Below, in pieces: positions 11,860 to 25,189 of a stretch of DNA of 64,000 bases. A program made the position numbers and the translations under genes. Under the pieces are notes generated by a model. It made no database searches and was not told the DNA's origin. It worked only from the letters and a program-made list of their open reading frames with translations. This stretch comes from Mobula birostris. Lineage: Eukaryota. The stretch is from NCBI RefSeq assembly GCF_030028105.1, contig NC_092397.1, positions 22,392,630 through 22,456,629 of the forward strand, written 5' to 3'. Each line of letters begins with the position of its first letter. Within the stretch, counting starts at the first letter, position 1.

Positions 11860-12210
11860 GCTATCGGCCCATCACTGTGACTCTGACGGGGAACCAATGC
11901 TACCAGAAATCTACCGAGCTGCTCATCCGCAAACTTCCCTTCCAGCATCTGGTGCAGAAGATCAGGCAGGACTTCAAAACCGATCTATGCTTCCAGAGCT
12001 CGACCATCAAAGGCCTGGAGGAGATTAACGAGGCTTACCTGGTCGGGCTCTTTGCACCATCCACACCAAGCGAGTCACCCTTGTGCCCAAAGATATTCAG
12101 TTGGCTCGCGGCATCGCCAGAAGCGAGCCTCAGCCTGGCCTCGGCAGCAAACACAACAAAATGCTCTTTTAAGAGCCACTAACCTGGAAGAGGAAAGGGC
12201 TGTCGCTTTC
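11860..12210 (+). pseudogene. Histone H3 pseudogene, 5'-truncated
   Basis: YRP.TV.L...[29 protein letters not shown]; deletion of the EDTNL region; damaged stem-loop TGCTCTTTTAAGAGCC at 12162-12177; downstream GGAAAGGGCTGTCGCTT identical to that of the intact H3. Confidence 0.93.
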
Positions 12211-13299
12211 TCTTCATTACACTGTTGTGTTCACACACATTATCCCTCTGATCTCCCCCGTGGGAGTTTTGGGGTTGTTTGATGGGAAATCCCAATTCTC
12301 ACACCAACTGATCTATTTGTTTTGGTCTCAGCTCATTTCATCAACACATCAATGTCACACTTTAGCCAAAGATGACCATCCACACCAGCAATAACCCCAT
12401 CATCTCACAGTCAGTGTGAACTTACTGCTCACGATTCCTACATCCACTCCCAAATCACTCAGTTATATCACAAACAGCAAAGGTCACAGAACAGATCCAT
12501 GTGGAACAACACTTGTCACCAGCATCTGATCACAAAACTACTCTCTGCCATCACTCTGTCTCCTATTGCAAAGCTAATTCTGGATCCAATTTGCCAAATG
12601 GCCTGACTGAGGCCCATATGAACCGTATCAATAAACTTCGTCGGTGACGGCAGACCTGGGTGAGGACGGTCAGGACCCAAGTGCTGGAGTATCAGAGACT
12701 AAAATCCAGACACGATAGGAGATGGAAACAACGACGGGGTTCCAAACCAGTCTGTGTCTGGAGGGAAGAGCACTTTGAGTAACTCCTTTGCTCCAAATTG
12801 GAGAAAAATAGGTAAATAGAAGAGAAGTAAAAAATTACAATAGAAACTGCAGATTCTGCAGTCGGAAGCAAAAGCAGAAAACAGGAAACTCCAGACCTGC
12901 CAGTTCACCACTTGTACTAGGAGAACATTTGGGGCTGTAGCAAAGCAGGAAATTATTACCAACTTACAAAACCATCAGCCAAAGTTAACAGACTCTGGTG
13001 AAAGAGATTCTATGTTTAACAAATACATTTGAGTGTTTGAAGCTGTAACACCAACTGTGGACAACGAGTCCCAGGAATGCACTGAACCAAGATGTCCAGG
13101 ACACGTTTGATAAGCCGCTCCATCACAGGGAGTTGGGGAAAATGAGAGCTGACCGTGATTTCTGAACTTGCTGATCAGAAACACTGATGGGAACTGAGTT
13201 GTGAAGAGCGGTGAGGAGTCTACAAAGGGGTAGATACAGGTGACGTGATTGGACACAGGTCTGACAACTGGGATATTGTGGGGGAGGGAGAGTGTGAAC

Positions 13300-13640
13300 T
13301 TGTACCTGACCCTCTGGCTAAAGAAATGTCTTCTTATCTCTTTTCTGAAGAGACATCCTTCTACTCTGAGTGTGTGCCATCTGGTGCTGGACGAACCCAC
13401 TACAGGAAACATCCACTCCACGTTCACTCAAGTGGTTATAATGTCACTCTCTTCTCATTCTTATGAACTTCAGCAAGTACAGGCCCAGAGCCATCAAATG
13501 CACCTAATATGTTAACCTTTTCATTCCCGGGGTCATTCTCGTCAACCTGCTCTGGACCCTCTCTGATGCAAACACATCATTCCTTGGATAAAGGGCCCAG
13601 CATTGCTCACAATACTCCTTGCGGACTGACAAATGTCAGC
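13300..13640 (-). mobile_element. Degenerate CR1 3' fragment
   Basis: ORF 12975-13427 begins with CR1-like MFPVVG...HTLRVEG..FRKEIRRHFFSQRV. Confidence 0.7.
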
Positions 13641-13789
13641 ATGGACAAGCGGGCCCCTATTTTCACATTTCTGTGAGAAAAGTAACTAATTTTCATTCTT
13701 ATATTTTGCTGATTTTAATGTAATCTTCTTCCTCAGTTGTAATTTCTATTTCCCTTCACGATGAAGACTTTGCATTCAAAGTCAACAAC

Positions 13790-14875
13790 ATCTCCTCCAC
13801 AATCACCGTCAGCACTGGTGCACCACAAGGTTGTGCTTGGCCCACGACTCTACTCACTTTATACCTGTGATTGTGTGGCTAAGTACAACCCCGATGACAT
13901 ATTTAAGTTTGCAGATGACACCACTGTTGTTGGGTGAATCAAAGGTGGTGACAAATTTGCCCTCAGGAGGGAGATGTGTGATCTGGTTGAATGGTGCCAC
14001 AACGACAACCTCTCACTCAATATCAGCAGATCACTGACCACAGGGGCAGGAAACCGGACGTCCACGGATCAGTCATCAGCAGGGGACTGGAGGTGGAGAG
14101 AGTCAGTAACATTAAATTTCTGAGCATTATCATTTCAGAGGGTCTGTCCTGGGACTAGCAGTAAGTGTCACTATAAAGCAGGCAGGGCAGTGACTCTGCC
14201 TGCGTGTAATCAGCGTGACATCTGAAACTTTGACAGATATAGATGCAGAGTGGAGAGTAACCTGACTGGTTTCATCATGGCCTGATATGGAAACACAATG
14301 ATCAGGAATGGAAAGGAAAATGTCTACAAGAAATTTGTGGAGATGTCAGGTGTAATTTTTTTTACCAGAGCGTGGTGAGTGCGTGGAATAGGCTACCGGC
14401 AAAGGTAGTGGAGGCGGATACAATAGAGTATTTTCACAGACTCCTGGATAGGTACTTGGAGCTTAGAAAAACAAAGGGCTCTGGGTAATGCCAGGTAATT
14501 TCTAAAATAGGTAGAGGTTTGACACGGCATCGTGGGCCGAAGGGCCTGTATTGTGCTGTAGGTTTTCCATGTTTCTAACTGGTGGATGCATCCCAGTACA
14601 TCACAGGCGAAGCCCTCCCCATCATTCAGTACATTTACAAGCAGCACTTCTACAAGAAAGCTGCATCCATCATCAACAACATCCTTCAGCCACCTCATGC
14701 TCTCTTCCACTGCTGCCATCGGGAAGGACGTACAGGAGCCTTAGGTCCCACACCACCAGGTTCAGGAAGAGTTGTTACCCTACAGCAGTCATGCTCTTGA
14801 AATGGTGTAGGTATCTTCACTGAACTAATTGCATATCCTGCACACTCACTTTCAAGTACTCCACAACTGAATTGC
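13790..14875 (+). mobile_element. Rex1/Babar LINE remnant interrupted by a CR1 3' end (about 14330-14580)
   Basis: STGAPQG, KFADDTTVVG, WCHNDNLSLN motifs; LPSGRTYRSLRSHTTRF near the end. Confidence 0.75.
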
Positions 14876-14884
14876 ACAGTAATA

Positions 14885-14975
14885 CACATCAAAGTTGCTG
14901 GTGAATGCAGCAGGCCAGGCAGCATCTCTAGGAAGAGGAGCAGTCGATGTTTCAGGCCCAGACCCTTCGTCAGGA
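14885..14975 (-). mobile_element. Short Penelope-derived hammerhead element with 10-bp TSD
   Basis: CACAGTAATA at 14875-14884 and 14976-14985; CTGACGA..GAAACATC on the minus strand. Confidence 0.8.
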
Positions 14976-15119
14976 CACAGTAATATTTATGTTTTAGTAT
15001 TTGCATTATTTGTCTTCTTTTGCACATTGGCTGTCTGTTCAGTCTTTGCTGTTTATAGTTTTCCTAAATTCCACTGTCTTCATTTCCCTGTAAATGCCTG
15101 AAAGAAAATTAATCTGAAA

Positions 15120-17370
15120 GTAGTAACCTGTTGCACCAGATGTCCCAACACAGGGGACCACTGCTACACTACGATAAGGAATGTCTATCATTTGCTCCTA
15201 AGACCACATTTCGTTAAGTTGGATCATTTGACTGTACTCCTCCTACCTGCACACAGACAGAGCCTAAGGAACAAGGCTTCAGAGATCAAGATAACCGAGG
15301 GGTGGTGTTGGGAGGCAGAGGAACGGTTACAGGATTGCCTTGGGTCAGCAGGCTGAGCCATGTTCATGAACTCATCTCAGGACCTGAAGGACGACACCGG
15401 GGTCACTACAGACTTTACTAAAACAGCTGTGGAGTCGTGTGTCCCCACAAAATCATTCAGGCTTTTCCCAAATCAGTAGGCCTGGATGAGCAATGAGATC
15501 AGGAACCTGCTGAGTGCCAGGTCAGAGGCATTCAAGTCTGGAGATCAGGAATGCTACAAGAGGTGCAGGTATGATCTCCAGAAACCATCTCTTTGGCAAA
15601 GTGGAGATTCCAGGCTAGACTGGAATAAAAGAGAGATGCTTGATAGCTGTGTCAGGGTTTGAATGCCAGAACCTCCTGCAAAGGTAAATCTTGTGATAAA
15701 AGGGGACAGCACAGCTTCGCTTCCAGACGAGCTCAATGCCTCCTATGCTCACTTTGTCCACCAGAAGAGGGAGCACCCCCGTGTCTCCCGATGGTCATTT
15801 GGTCTCAGTATCTGAAGATGACGTGCAGGCTGCCTTCAAGGGAGTGAATCCAAGGAAAGCATCCAGTCTGGATGGAGTACCTGGCCGAGTACTGAAGACC
15901 TGTGCTGACCAGCTGGCTCATGTATTCATGGATATCTTCAACCTCTCGATCTGGCAGTGTGTGGTACCCACCTACTTCAAGGAAGCTTCAATTATTACGG
16001 TGGCCAACAGGAGCGTGGTAACCTGTTTAAATGACTATTACCCAATGGCACTTACATCCACAGTGATGAAGTGTTTTGACAGGCTGGTGTTGAAGCATAT
16101 CAGCTCTTGTCTGAATGGTGACTTGGATCCTCTCCAATTCACCTGCCGAAGCAACAGCAGATGCTGTCTTGTTGTCTCTTCACACAACTCTGGAACATCT
16201 GGAGAGCAAAGATGCAAACATCTGGATGCCCTTTATTGATTACAGTTCAGCATTTAACACCATCATCCCCTCAAAGCTGATCAGTAAGCTCTCAGACCTG
16301 GGCCTCAATACCCCCTTGTGCAATTGGATCCTGGATTTTCTCAGGTGCAGATCCAAGTCAGTTCAGATTGGCAAAAACATCTACTCCACAATCTCTATCA
16401 GCACAGGAGCACCACAAGGAAGTGTGCTTGGCCCCCAGCTCTACTCACTTTACACCTATGACTGTGTAGCTGAGTACAGCTCCAACACCATATACAAGTT
16501 TGCTGATCACACCACAATCAAAGGTGGTGATGAATCAGCAAACAGGAGAGAGATTGAAAACTTTGCTGAGTGGTGTATTAACAACAACCCCTCACTCAAT
16601 GTCAGTAAGACTAAGGGACGGATTGTACACTTTAGGAGGGAAAAACCAAAGGTCCATGAGCTAGTAATCAAAGGATGATCAGAGGTGGAGAGAGTCAGTA
16701 ACTTTAAATTCCCGTGTGTCACTCACTCAGAGGACCTGCCCTGGACCCATCGCATAAATATAATTGTGAAGAAAGCACAACAGCACTCTACTTCCTCAGG
16801 ACTCTGCGGAGGTTCAGCATGTCATTGAAAACCTTGGCAAACTTATATAAATGTGTGGTGGAAGGTGTGCTGACTGGCTGCATTACGGCCTGGTACAGGA
16901 ACACCAATGCCTTTGAGTGGAAAATCCCACAAAGTGTAGTGGATTCGGCCCAGTATATCACAGGTAAAACCCTCACAACCACTGAGCACATCTACATGAA
17001 ACATTACCATAGGAAAGCAGCGTCCATCAGCAAAGATCCTCACCACCTAGGCAATGATCTTTTCTCACTGTTACCATCAGGTAGAAGGTACAGGTACCTC
17101 AGGACTCGCCCCACCAGGTTCAAGAACAGTTACTACCCCTCAACCATCAGTGTCTTGAACAAAACACTCATGTCACCACTGTTATATCGTTATTTCATGC
17201 TTGTTATTTATTGCTATTTATTTCTCTGCATTTACACAATTTGTTTACAGTTTATAGTTCCTCATATTTACAGTTCACAGTTACTGTTCTATAGATTTGT
17301 TAAGATTGCCCGCAGAACAAGATTCTCGGGGTTGTCTGTGAGAATACATTTGAATTTGAACTTTGAACAA
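15120..17370 (+). mobile_element. Rex1/Babar LINE ORF2, frameshifted
   Basis: ORFs 15736-17394: NPRKA..DGVPGRVLKTCADQL, CLNDY.P.ALTS, FIDYSSAFNTI, GAPQG, KFAD; TTGAA-type tail at 17350-17370. Confidence 0.9.
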
Positions 17371-17659
17371 TATGGTGACATATGCGCAGTGTGATAACAA
17401 CTTACTTTGGATAAAATTTTGGCTTTGACAATATTTTTCCGTGATGCTCTTTTATCATGATCCAGTTCCAACATATTTCATCCAAAATTATAAAAAGATT
17501 ATCCACACAAAAATATAGAAAATACAAACATGACATATTTATAAGATCGAAGAGCTAAATTACAATATGAATATTACTGTGTATAACACACTCAATTCCA
17601 GGGAATGGGGGAGTGGGTCAGCGTACCTGGAAATCTCCCACTCTCCCCATTCTGTTTAC

Positions 17660-17950
17660 AATGGTCGCAAGTTTTTCAGCCGCTCTGCTGATTGACAGCT
17701 CCCTCTGCCCCGCCTCCCCGGCTGCCGGGTCACTGTCACGTGACACGTTGTGATTGTTACCCCGTGACGCGCTGACGTCACAAAGCCCCACCTTTAGCGA
17801 CGTCGTTTCCCGGGGAACGGGCCGTGGTGGGCGGTAAGTCCGGGGTGGTGGAGTCGGTCTCCACTTGTTGGGGTTTCGGCCTCTCCTCTTCCTGCCCGCG
17901 GAACAGTGAGTGTCTGTCAGCGCCTCACTGCACCGGCTCTCTGCCTCAGG
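17660..17950 (+). promoter_or_regulatory. CpG-rich promoter / first-exon-like segment
   Basis: CCCCGCC, E-box CACGTG, TGACGTCA at about 17773; donor-like GTAAGT at 17834 and GTGAGT at 17906. Confidence 0.5.
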
Positions 17951-19044
17951 TACAATATTTAAAACATATTTGCACAGTCACATGGATGGGAAAGGTTGAG
18001 AGGGATACGGGCCTAATGCAGGCAGATGGGCCGAGTTCAGGTCGACAACTTGGTCGGCGGGGATGAGTTGTACCGAAGGGACTGTTTCATTTCTGTATAA
18101 ACCAGTGACTCTATTTTGGGAGGTTAAATCATGGCAGGATGTACACAGGTTCCTGAGAAGTTTCTGCCCCCCTCCCCCACACCTCTCTGGTACTGATTTA
18201 GATACCAGTTATTCTCTGTGTGAAATATTTACCCCTCAGATCCCCTTTGAATCCGTCTTTAAACAGTTTTGTCCTATTCTAATGAGAGGCAGTTCTTTGA
18301 CTGTCGAGGCAAGCAGAACACACAACCCTGTCTACCTGTGATGCCACGTACAGGGAACTGTGTAACAATATTAGAGGCACATGCACAGGGGCTTCAGTGA
18401 GCAAGGCCCAGAGGGATATGAAACTAATGCAGGAAAGTGGGATTAGTACAGCTGTGCATGATGGGGAGCATAAATGTGATGGGCCAGAGGGTCTGTTTCT
18501 ATCCAGTACAACCCTGACCACAGCAGTCCTCCACTGCAGTGGGGTTTGTCACCTTCATTCTCAACTGTGAGCTTGTTCCACTGAACCCCTTATCCTCTGA
18601 GAAGACATTTGCACCCTCCCACCGTGACCAAGCTATCAGCCATCTCTCCTAATATCACCCAGAGTACTTCACCAAATTCCCATATAAAACTATTGTTACT
18701 GGTGCATAGGGAATGACAGCATTTTGGTAGCCTTTTGAGGGGGTTGGTTCAGTATTTGACCATTAATTCCTTTGTACAACAACAATCCCATCATACTGGG
18801 TACTGAATGTTTTAGGTATGACCATCCTGAAGTTCTGTGTTTCAGGTTCCCATTGCACTTTCACTGTCAGTGATTTCTGCATGTCCATACTGACCATCGA
18901 GAATCTGTCTCCACTAACTCAGAACTTGGTCTGTCTTCTACCCTGCCTTGGTGATTCAAATGCTCATCCAGATGCTCCTTAAATACCAGCCTGCATCACC
19001 CCTTCAGACTGTGTTCCAGATTGTAACCTCCCTCTGGGGAGAAA

Positions 19045-22000
19045 GGAAACATAGAAAACCTACAGCACAATGCAGGCCCTTCGGCCCACAAAGTTGTGCC
19101 AAACATGTAGCTACCTTTGAAATTACTAGGGTTACCCATAGCCCTCTGTCTTTCTAAGCTCCGTGTATCTATCCAAACGTCTCTTAAAAGACCCTATCGT
19201 ATCAGCCTCCACCACCATTGCTGGCAGCCTATTCCATACACTCACCACTCTCTGCATTTAAAATAAAGAGAAAAAAACAACTTAACCTGACATCTCCTCT
19301 GTACCTCCTCCCAAGCACCTTAAACCTGTGCCCTCTTGTGGCAGCCATTTCAGCCCTGGGAAAAATCCTCTGACTATCCACAGAGTCAATGCTCTCATCA
19401 TCTTATACACCTCTATCAGGTCACCTCTCATCCTCTGTCGCTCCAAGGAGAAAAGGCCGAGTTCATTCTGCCTATTCTCATAAGGCATGCTCCCCAATCC
19501 AGGTAACATCCTTGTAATTCTCCTCTGCACCTTTCTGTGGTTTCCACATCCTTCCTGTAGTGAGGTGACCAGAACTGAGCACAGTTCTCCAAGTGGGTCT
19601 GACCAAGGTCCTATCGAGCTGCAACATTACCTCTCGGCTCCTAAGTTCAATTCCAGGATTGATGAAGGCCAATGAACCGTATGCCTTCCTTACCACATAG
19701 TCAACCTGCGCAGCTGCTTTGAACGTCCTATGGACTCTGACCCCAAGATCCCTCAGGTCCTCTACACTGCCTTGGTCTTACCATTAATACTATATGCTGT
19801 CATCATATTTGACCTACCAAAATGAACCACTTCACACTTATCTGGGTTGAACTCCATCTGCCACTTCTCAGCCCAGTTTTGCATCCTATCAATGTTCCGC
19901 TGTAACCTCTGACAGCCCTCCACACTATTCACAACACCCCCAACCTTTGTGTCATCAGCAAACTTACTAACCCATCCCTCCACTTCCTCATCCAGGTCAT
20001 TTATAAAAATCACAAAAATTAAGGGTCCCAGAACAGATCCCTGAGGCACACCACTGGTCACCGACCTCCATGCAGAATATGACCCGTTTACAATCACTCT
20101 TTGCCTTCTGTGGGCAAGCCAGTTCTGGATCCGCAAAACATTGTCCCCTTTGATCCCATGCCTCCTTACTTTCTCAGTAAGCCTTGCATGGGGTACCTTA
20201 TCAAATGCCTTGCTGAAATCCATATGCACTACATCTACTGCTCTCCCTTCATCAATGTGTTCAGTCACATGCTCAAAAAATTCAATCAGGCTCGTAAGGC
20301 ACAACCTGCCCTTGACAAAGCCATGCTGACTATTCCTAATCATATTATACCTCTCCAAATGTTCATAAATCCTGCTTCTCACGATCTTCTTCATCAGCTT
20401 ACCAACCACTGAAGTAAGACTCACTGGTCAATAATTTCCTGGGCTATCTCTACTCCCTTTCTTGAATGAGGGAACAACATCCTCAGTCCTCCGGAACCTC
20501 TCCTGTCCCCATTGATGATGCAAAGATCATCGCCAGAGGCTCAGCAATCTCCTCCCTCGCCTCCCGCAGTATCCTGGGGTACATATCATCTGGTCCCGGC
20601 CTCTTATCCAACCTGATGCTTTCCAAAAGCTCCAGCATATCCACTTTCTTAATATCTACATGCTCAAGCTTTTCAATCCGCTGCAAGTCATCCCTACAAT
20701 CATCGAGATCCTTTTCTGTAGTGAATATTGAAGTAATGTATTCATTAAGTACCTCTGCTATTTCCTCCGGTTCCATACACACTTTCCCACTGTCACACTT
20801 GATAGGTCCTATTCTTTCACGTCTTATCCTCTTGCTCTTCACATACTTGTAGAGTGCCTTGGGGTTTTCCTTAATCCTGCCTACCAAGGCCTTGTCATGG
20901 CCCCTTCTGGCTCTGCTAATTTCCTTCTTAAGCTCCTTCCTGTTAGCCTGACAATCTTCTAGATCTCTAACAGTACCTAGCTCTCTTAACCTTATGTAAG
21001 CTTTTCTTTTCTTCATGACTAGATTTACTACAACCTTTGTACACCACGGTTCCTGTACCCTACCATAACTTCCCTGTCTCATTGGAACGTACCTATGCAG
21101 AACTTCACACGAATATCCCCTGAATGTTTGCCACATTTCTTCCGTACCTTTCCCTGAGAACATCTGTTCCCAATTTAAGCTTCCAAGTTTCTGCCTGATA
21201 GCCTCATAATTCCCCTTACTCCAATTAAACACTTTTCTAACTTGTCTGTTCCTATCTCTCCCAATGCTATTGTAAAGGAAATAGAATTATGATCACTATC
21301 TCTAAAATGCTGTCCTGCTGAGAGAACTGACACCTGACCAGGTTCATTTCCCAATACCAAATCAAGTACAGTCTCTCCTCTTGTAGGCTTATCTACACAT
21401 TGTGTCAAGAAACCTTCCTGAACACACCTAACAAACTCCACCCTATCTAAACCCCTTGCTCGGGGAAGATGCCAATCAATATTTGGGAAATTAAAATCTC
21501 CTACCGCGACAACTCTGTTGTTATTACTCGTTTCCAGGATCTCTTTCCCTATCTGCTCCTCGATATCCCTGTTACTATTGGGTGGCCTATGAAAACCACC
21601 CAGTAGAGTAATTGACCCCTTCCTGTTCCTAACCTCCACCCACAGAGACTCTGTAGACAATCCTCCCATGACGTCCTCCTTTTCTGCAGGCATGACACTA
21701 TCTCTGATCAACAGTACCACGCCCCCACCTCTTTTGCCTTCCTCTCTGTCCTTCCTGAAACATCTGAAACCTGGCACTTGAAGTAACCATTCCTGTCCCT
21801 GAGCCATCCAAGTCTTTGTAATGGCCACCACATCATAGCTCCAAGTAGTGATACATGCTCTAAGCTCATCCGCTTTGTTCACAATACTCCCTGCGTTAAA
21901 ATAAACACATCTCAAACCGTTGGTCTGAGCACGTACCTTCTCTATCACTTGCCTGTCCTCCCTCACACACCATCTCCAAGCTTTCTCTATTTGTAAGCCA

Positions 22001-23180
22001 ACCGCCTCTTCCCCAGTCTCTTCAGTTCGGTTCCCACCCCCCAATAGTTCTAGTTTAAACTCTCCCCAGTAGCAAACCTCCCTGCCAAGATATTGGTCCC
22101 TGTGGGATTCAAGTGCAACTCATCCTTTTTGTACAGGTCACAACTGCCCCAAAAGAGGTCCCAATGATCCAGAAATCCCAATCCCTGCCCCCTGCTTCAA
22201 TCCCTCAGCCACTCATTTATCCTCCAGCTCATTCTATTCCTATACTCACTGTCCCGTGGCACAGGCAGTAATCCCGAGATTACTACCTTTGCTCTCCTGC
22301 TTCTTAACTTCCTTCCTAACTCCCTGTAGACTGTGTTCAGGACCTCCACCCTTTTCCTACCTATGTCAGTTGTACCATTATGTACCATGACGTCTGGCTG
22401 TTCTCTATTCCACTGCAGGATATTTTGGACGCGATCTGAAACTTCCCGGACCCTGGCATCTGGGAGGCAAATTACCATCCGTGTTTCTTTCCTGCATTCA
22501 CAGAGTGCCTAACTAAAGAGTCCCCTATCACTACGGCCTTTCTCTTCCTTTCCCTACCCTTCTGAGCCTCTGTGCCGGTGGCTCGGCTGCTGTTGCTTCC
22601 CCCAGGTAGACTGTCCCACCCTGCCCCCCCCAACAGTTCTCAAACAGGAGTACTTATTGTTCAGGGGGACAGCCACAGGGCTACTCTCTGGTACCTGACT
22701 CTTCCCCTTCCCTCTCCTGACTCTTAACCACTTGTCTGTCTCCTATGGTCCCGGTGTGATCACCCTTCTATCACCTCGTCGCTGTCCCTGACCAGACAAA
22801 GGTTAACGAGCTGCAACTCCCGTTCCCTAACGCGGTCCCTTAGGAGCCGCAGCTCAACACACCGGGTGTGGATATTCCCGTCCACGAAGCTGGGAGACTC
22901 CAGAACTTTCCACATCTGACACCGAGCACAGAACACTGGTGTCACACACATACTTCCTTTCCGCAATTAACGCAGGTAAACCTACCTCGCCTCATTATCA
23001 CCTAAGCCAGTTGAGCCAAAGCCCTCTCACTCTGCTGCCCGCTGGATATGGCGCTCTTCTTTTTAACCTTTTCCCGCTCTACTGGCTGATGTCACGCGCC
23101 TGTGCAGTCTTGCCTCTCTTTACTCCGAGTAGTAAAATACCTTCGGTCTGGAAATACTGAGCCGTTCCACTCGCAGCCTT
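19045..23180 (-). mobile_element. Near full-length CR1 LINE (ORF1 zinc finger + SGNH esterase; ORF2 APE + RT), disrupted
   Basis: ORF1 pieces 22760-22966 and 22197-22478; endonuclease 21175-22044 (GDFNFPNIDW, SDHN); RT 19762-20424 (DFSKAFDKVPH, GVPQGSVLGP, KFADDTK); GAAACATAG tail. Confidence 0.93.
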
Positions 23181-23659
23181 CTTGCTTTTCCTCATCCTCT
23201 TTAAACCACACATTTCTCTCGTTAAACTTTTGTTGCACACACCTCATAATTGTCTGCATTAAATTCCATCTGCCATTGTAACAGCTGGACAACGTCCCAT
23301 GTCAATATTTGCTAGCCTTTCTTGCTGTCCACTGCACCCCTAATCTTGGTGTTATCTGCAAACTTGCTGATCCAGTTTACCACATTCTCATCCAGATTGT
23401 TAATACAGATGGAAAACAGCAATGGACCCAGCACTGGGAAGTTTAAACAGGACAGGATGTACACAGTGAATGACAGGTTCCTGAGAAGTGTTCATGAACA
23501 GAGACTTTGTGTGTTTCTGCCTCCACCACCTCCTCTGGCAGGTCATTCAGGAGACCATCACTGATCCTTATCCCTCTCAAACCCCCCTCCCATAATCAAG
23601 AACATCCACATTAGATATACCCAGTGAATTGGCCACAGCCGTCTGTGGGGATGAATTCA

Positions 23660-25170
23660 GAGTCAGAACCAGAATCAGGTTTATTACCACCGGCGTGTGT
23701 CATGAAATTTGTTAATGTAGCAACAGCAGTTCAATGCAGTACATGATAATATAGAAAGAATAAATAAATTACAGTATGTGTGTGTATGGATATGTTTATT
23801 TTGTAGATTGAAAACAGTGCAAAAACAGAAATAACATATATAGAATACATCTAGAGCAGTTTTGTCTGTTTTAAATTGAGAAATCAAATGTCTTCAAACT
23901 CCTTGTGAAACATATCTGCTGTCATGCCTTCATTTTACTGTAGCTGCATCGATATGTTGGGACCAGGTTAGATCCTCGGAGATATTGATATCCAGGAACT
24001 TGAAATTGTTCACTCTCTCCACTTCTGATCCCTCTATGAGGATTGGTTTGTGTTCCCTCATCTTACCTTTCCTTCAATCAGCTCTTTTGTCGCACTGACA
24101 TTAAGCACAAGGTTGTTGCTGCGACACCACTCAACTAGCTGGTGTATCTTGCTCCTGTAAGTCCTCTCCTCTCCATCTGAGATTGTACCAGCAATGGTTG
24201 TATCCAGCATATTTATGGACGGCTTTTGAGCTACGCTTAGTCGCACAGTCATGGGTAGAGGGGGAGTGGAGCAGTCGGCTAAGCACAATCCCTGAGGTGC
24301 ACCAGTGTCAGTGTTGATTGTCAGCAAGGAGGAGATATTAATTTGAATTTGAATTGACTTTATTTCTTGTATCCTTCATGTACATGAGTAAAAATCTTTG
24401 TTACATCTCCGTCTAAATGTGCAATTTACAATCATAGTAATTTATATTAATTTATAATAAATAGAACAGCCAGTGTAACATAGAAATACACTCAAATCAG
24501 TGTGAGTTAATCAGTCTGATGGCCTGGTGGAAGAAGCTGTCCCGGAGCCTGTGTGTCCTGGCTTTTATGCTGCGGTCCTGTTTCCCGGATGGTTGCAGCT
24601 GGAATACATCGTGGTTGGAGTGACTCAGGTCCCCAGTGATCCTTCAGGCCCTTTTCTCACACCTTTTGTTGTAAGTGTCCTCAGTCATGGGAAGTTCACA
24701 ACTACAGATGCGCTGGGCTGTCTGCACCACTCTCTGCAGAGTCCTGCGATTAACGGAGATGCAGTTCCCATACCAGGCAGTGATGCAGCCATTCAGGATG
24801 TTCTCAATTTTGCCCCTGTAGAAAGTTGTAAGGATTTGGGGGCCCATAGCAAACTTCCTCAACCGTCTGAGGTGAAAGCGGCGCTGTTGTGCCTTTTTCA
24901 CCACTCAGCTGGTGTGTGCAGACTGCGTGAGATCCTCGGGTATGCTGATGCTGAGGAACTTAAAGCTGTTTACCGTCTCAACCCCAGATCCACTGATGTC
25001 AATAGGGGTTAGCCCGTCTCCATTAATCCGCACAGATTGTGGTGTCCCGGTTAGGAAGTCGAGGTGCGAGTTGCAGAGAGACCAGGTTCTGCAGTTTATT
25101 AATCAGGACTGTGGGATTGGTGGTATTAAACACTGAGCTATAGTCAATGAACAACATCCTGTCACAGGCT
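23660..25170 (-). mobile_element. Nested Rex1/Babar LINE fragments
   Basis: ORFs 24058-24327 (GAPQG..WCRSNNLVLNV) and 24644-24904; 24340-25020 closely resembles 3405-4075. Confidence 0.85.
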
Positions 25171-25189
25171 GTGCAGATGCACTACCCCT

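Larger units (their letters stand above)
6100..11860 (+). mobile_element. Nimb/I-clade LINE, degenerate, 3'-truncated, with nested insertions
   Basis: ORF1 gag-like knuckles (HIPPPLRC..CQRFGH at about 7125; CNCRGEHSA); ORF2 start ILQWN at about 8476; RT motifs NYRPISLTSH (10932), ENGT (11302), FADDA.LW (11405). Confidence 0.75.
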
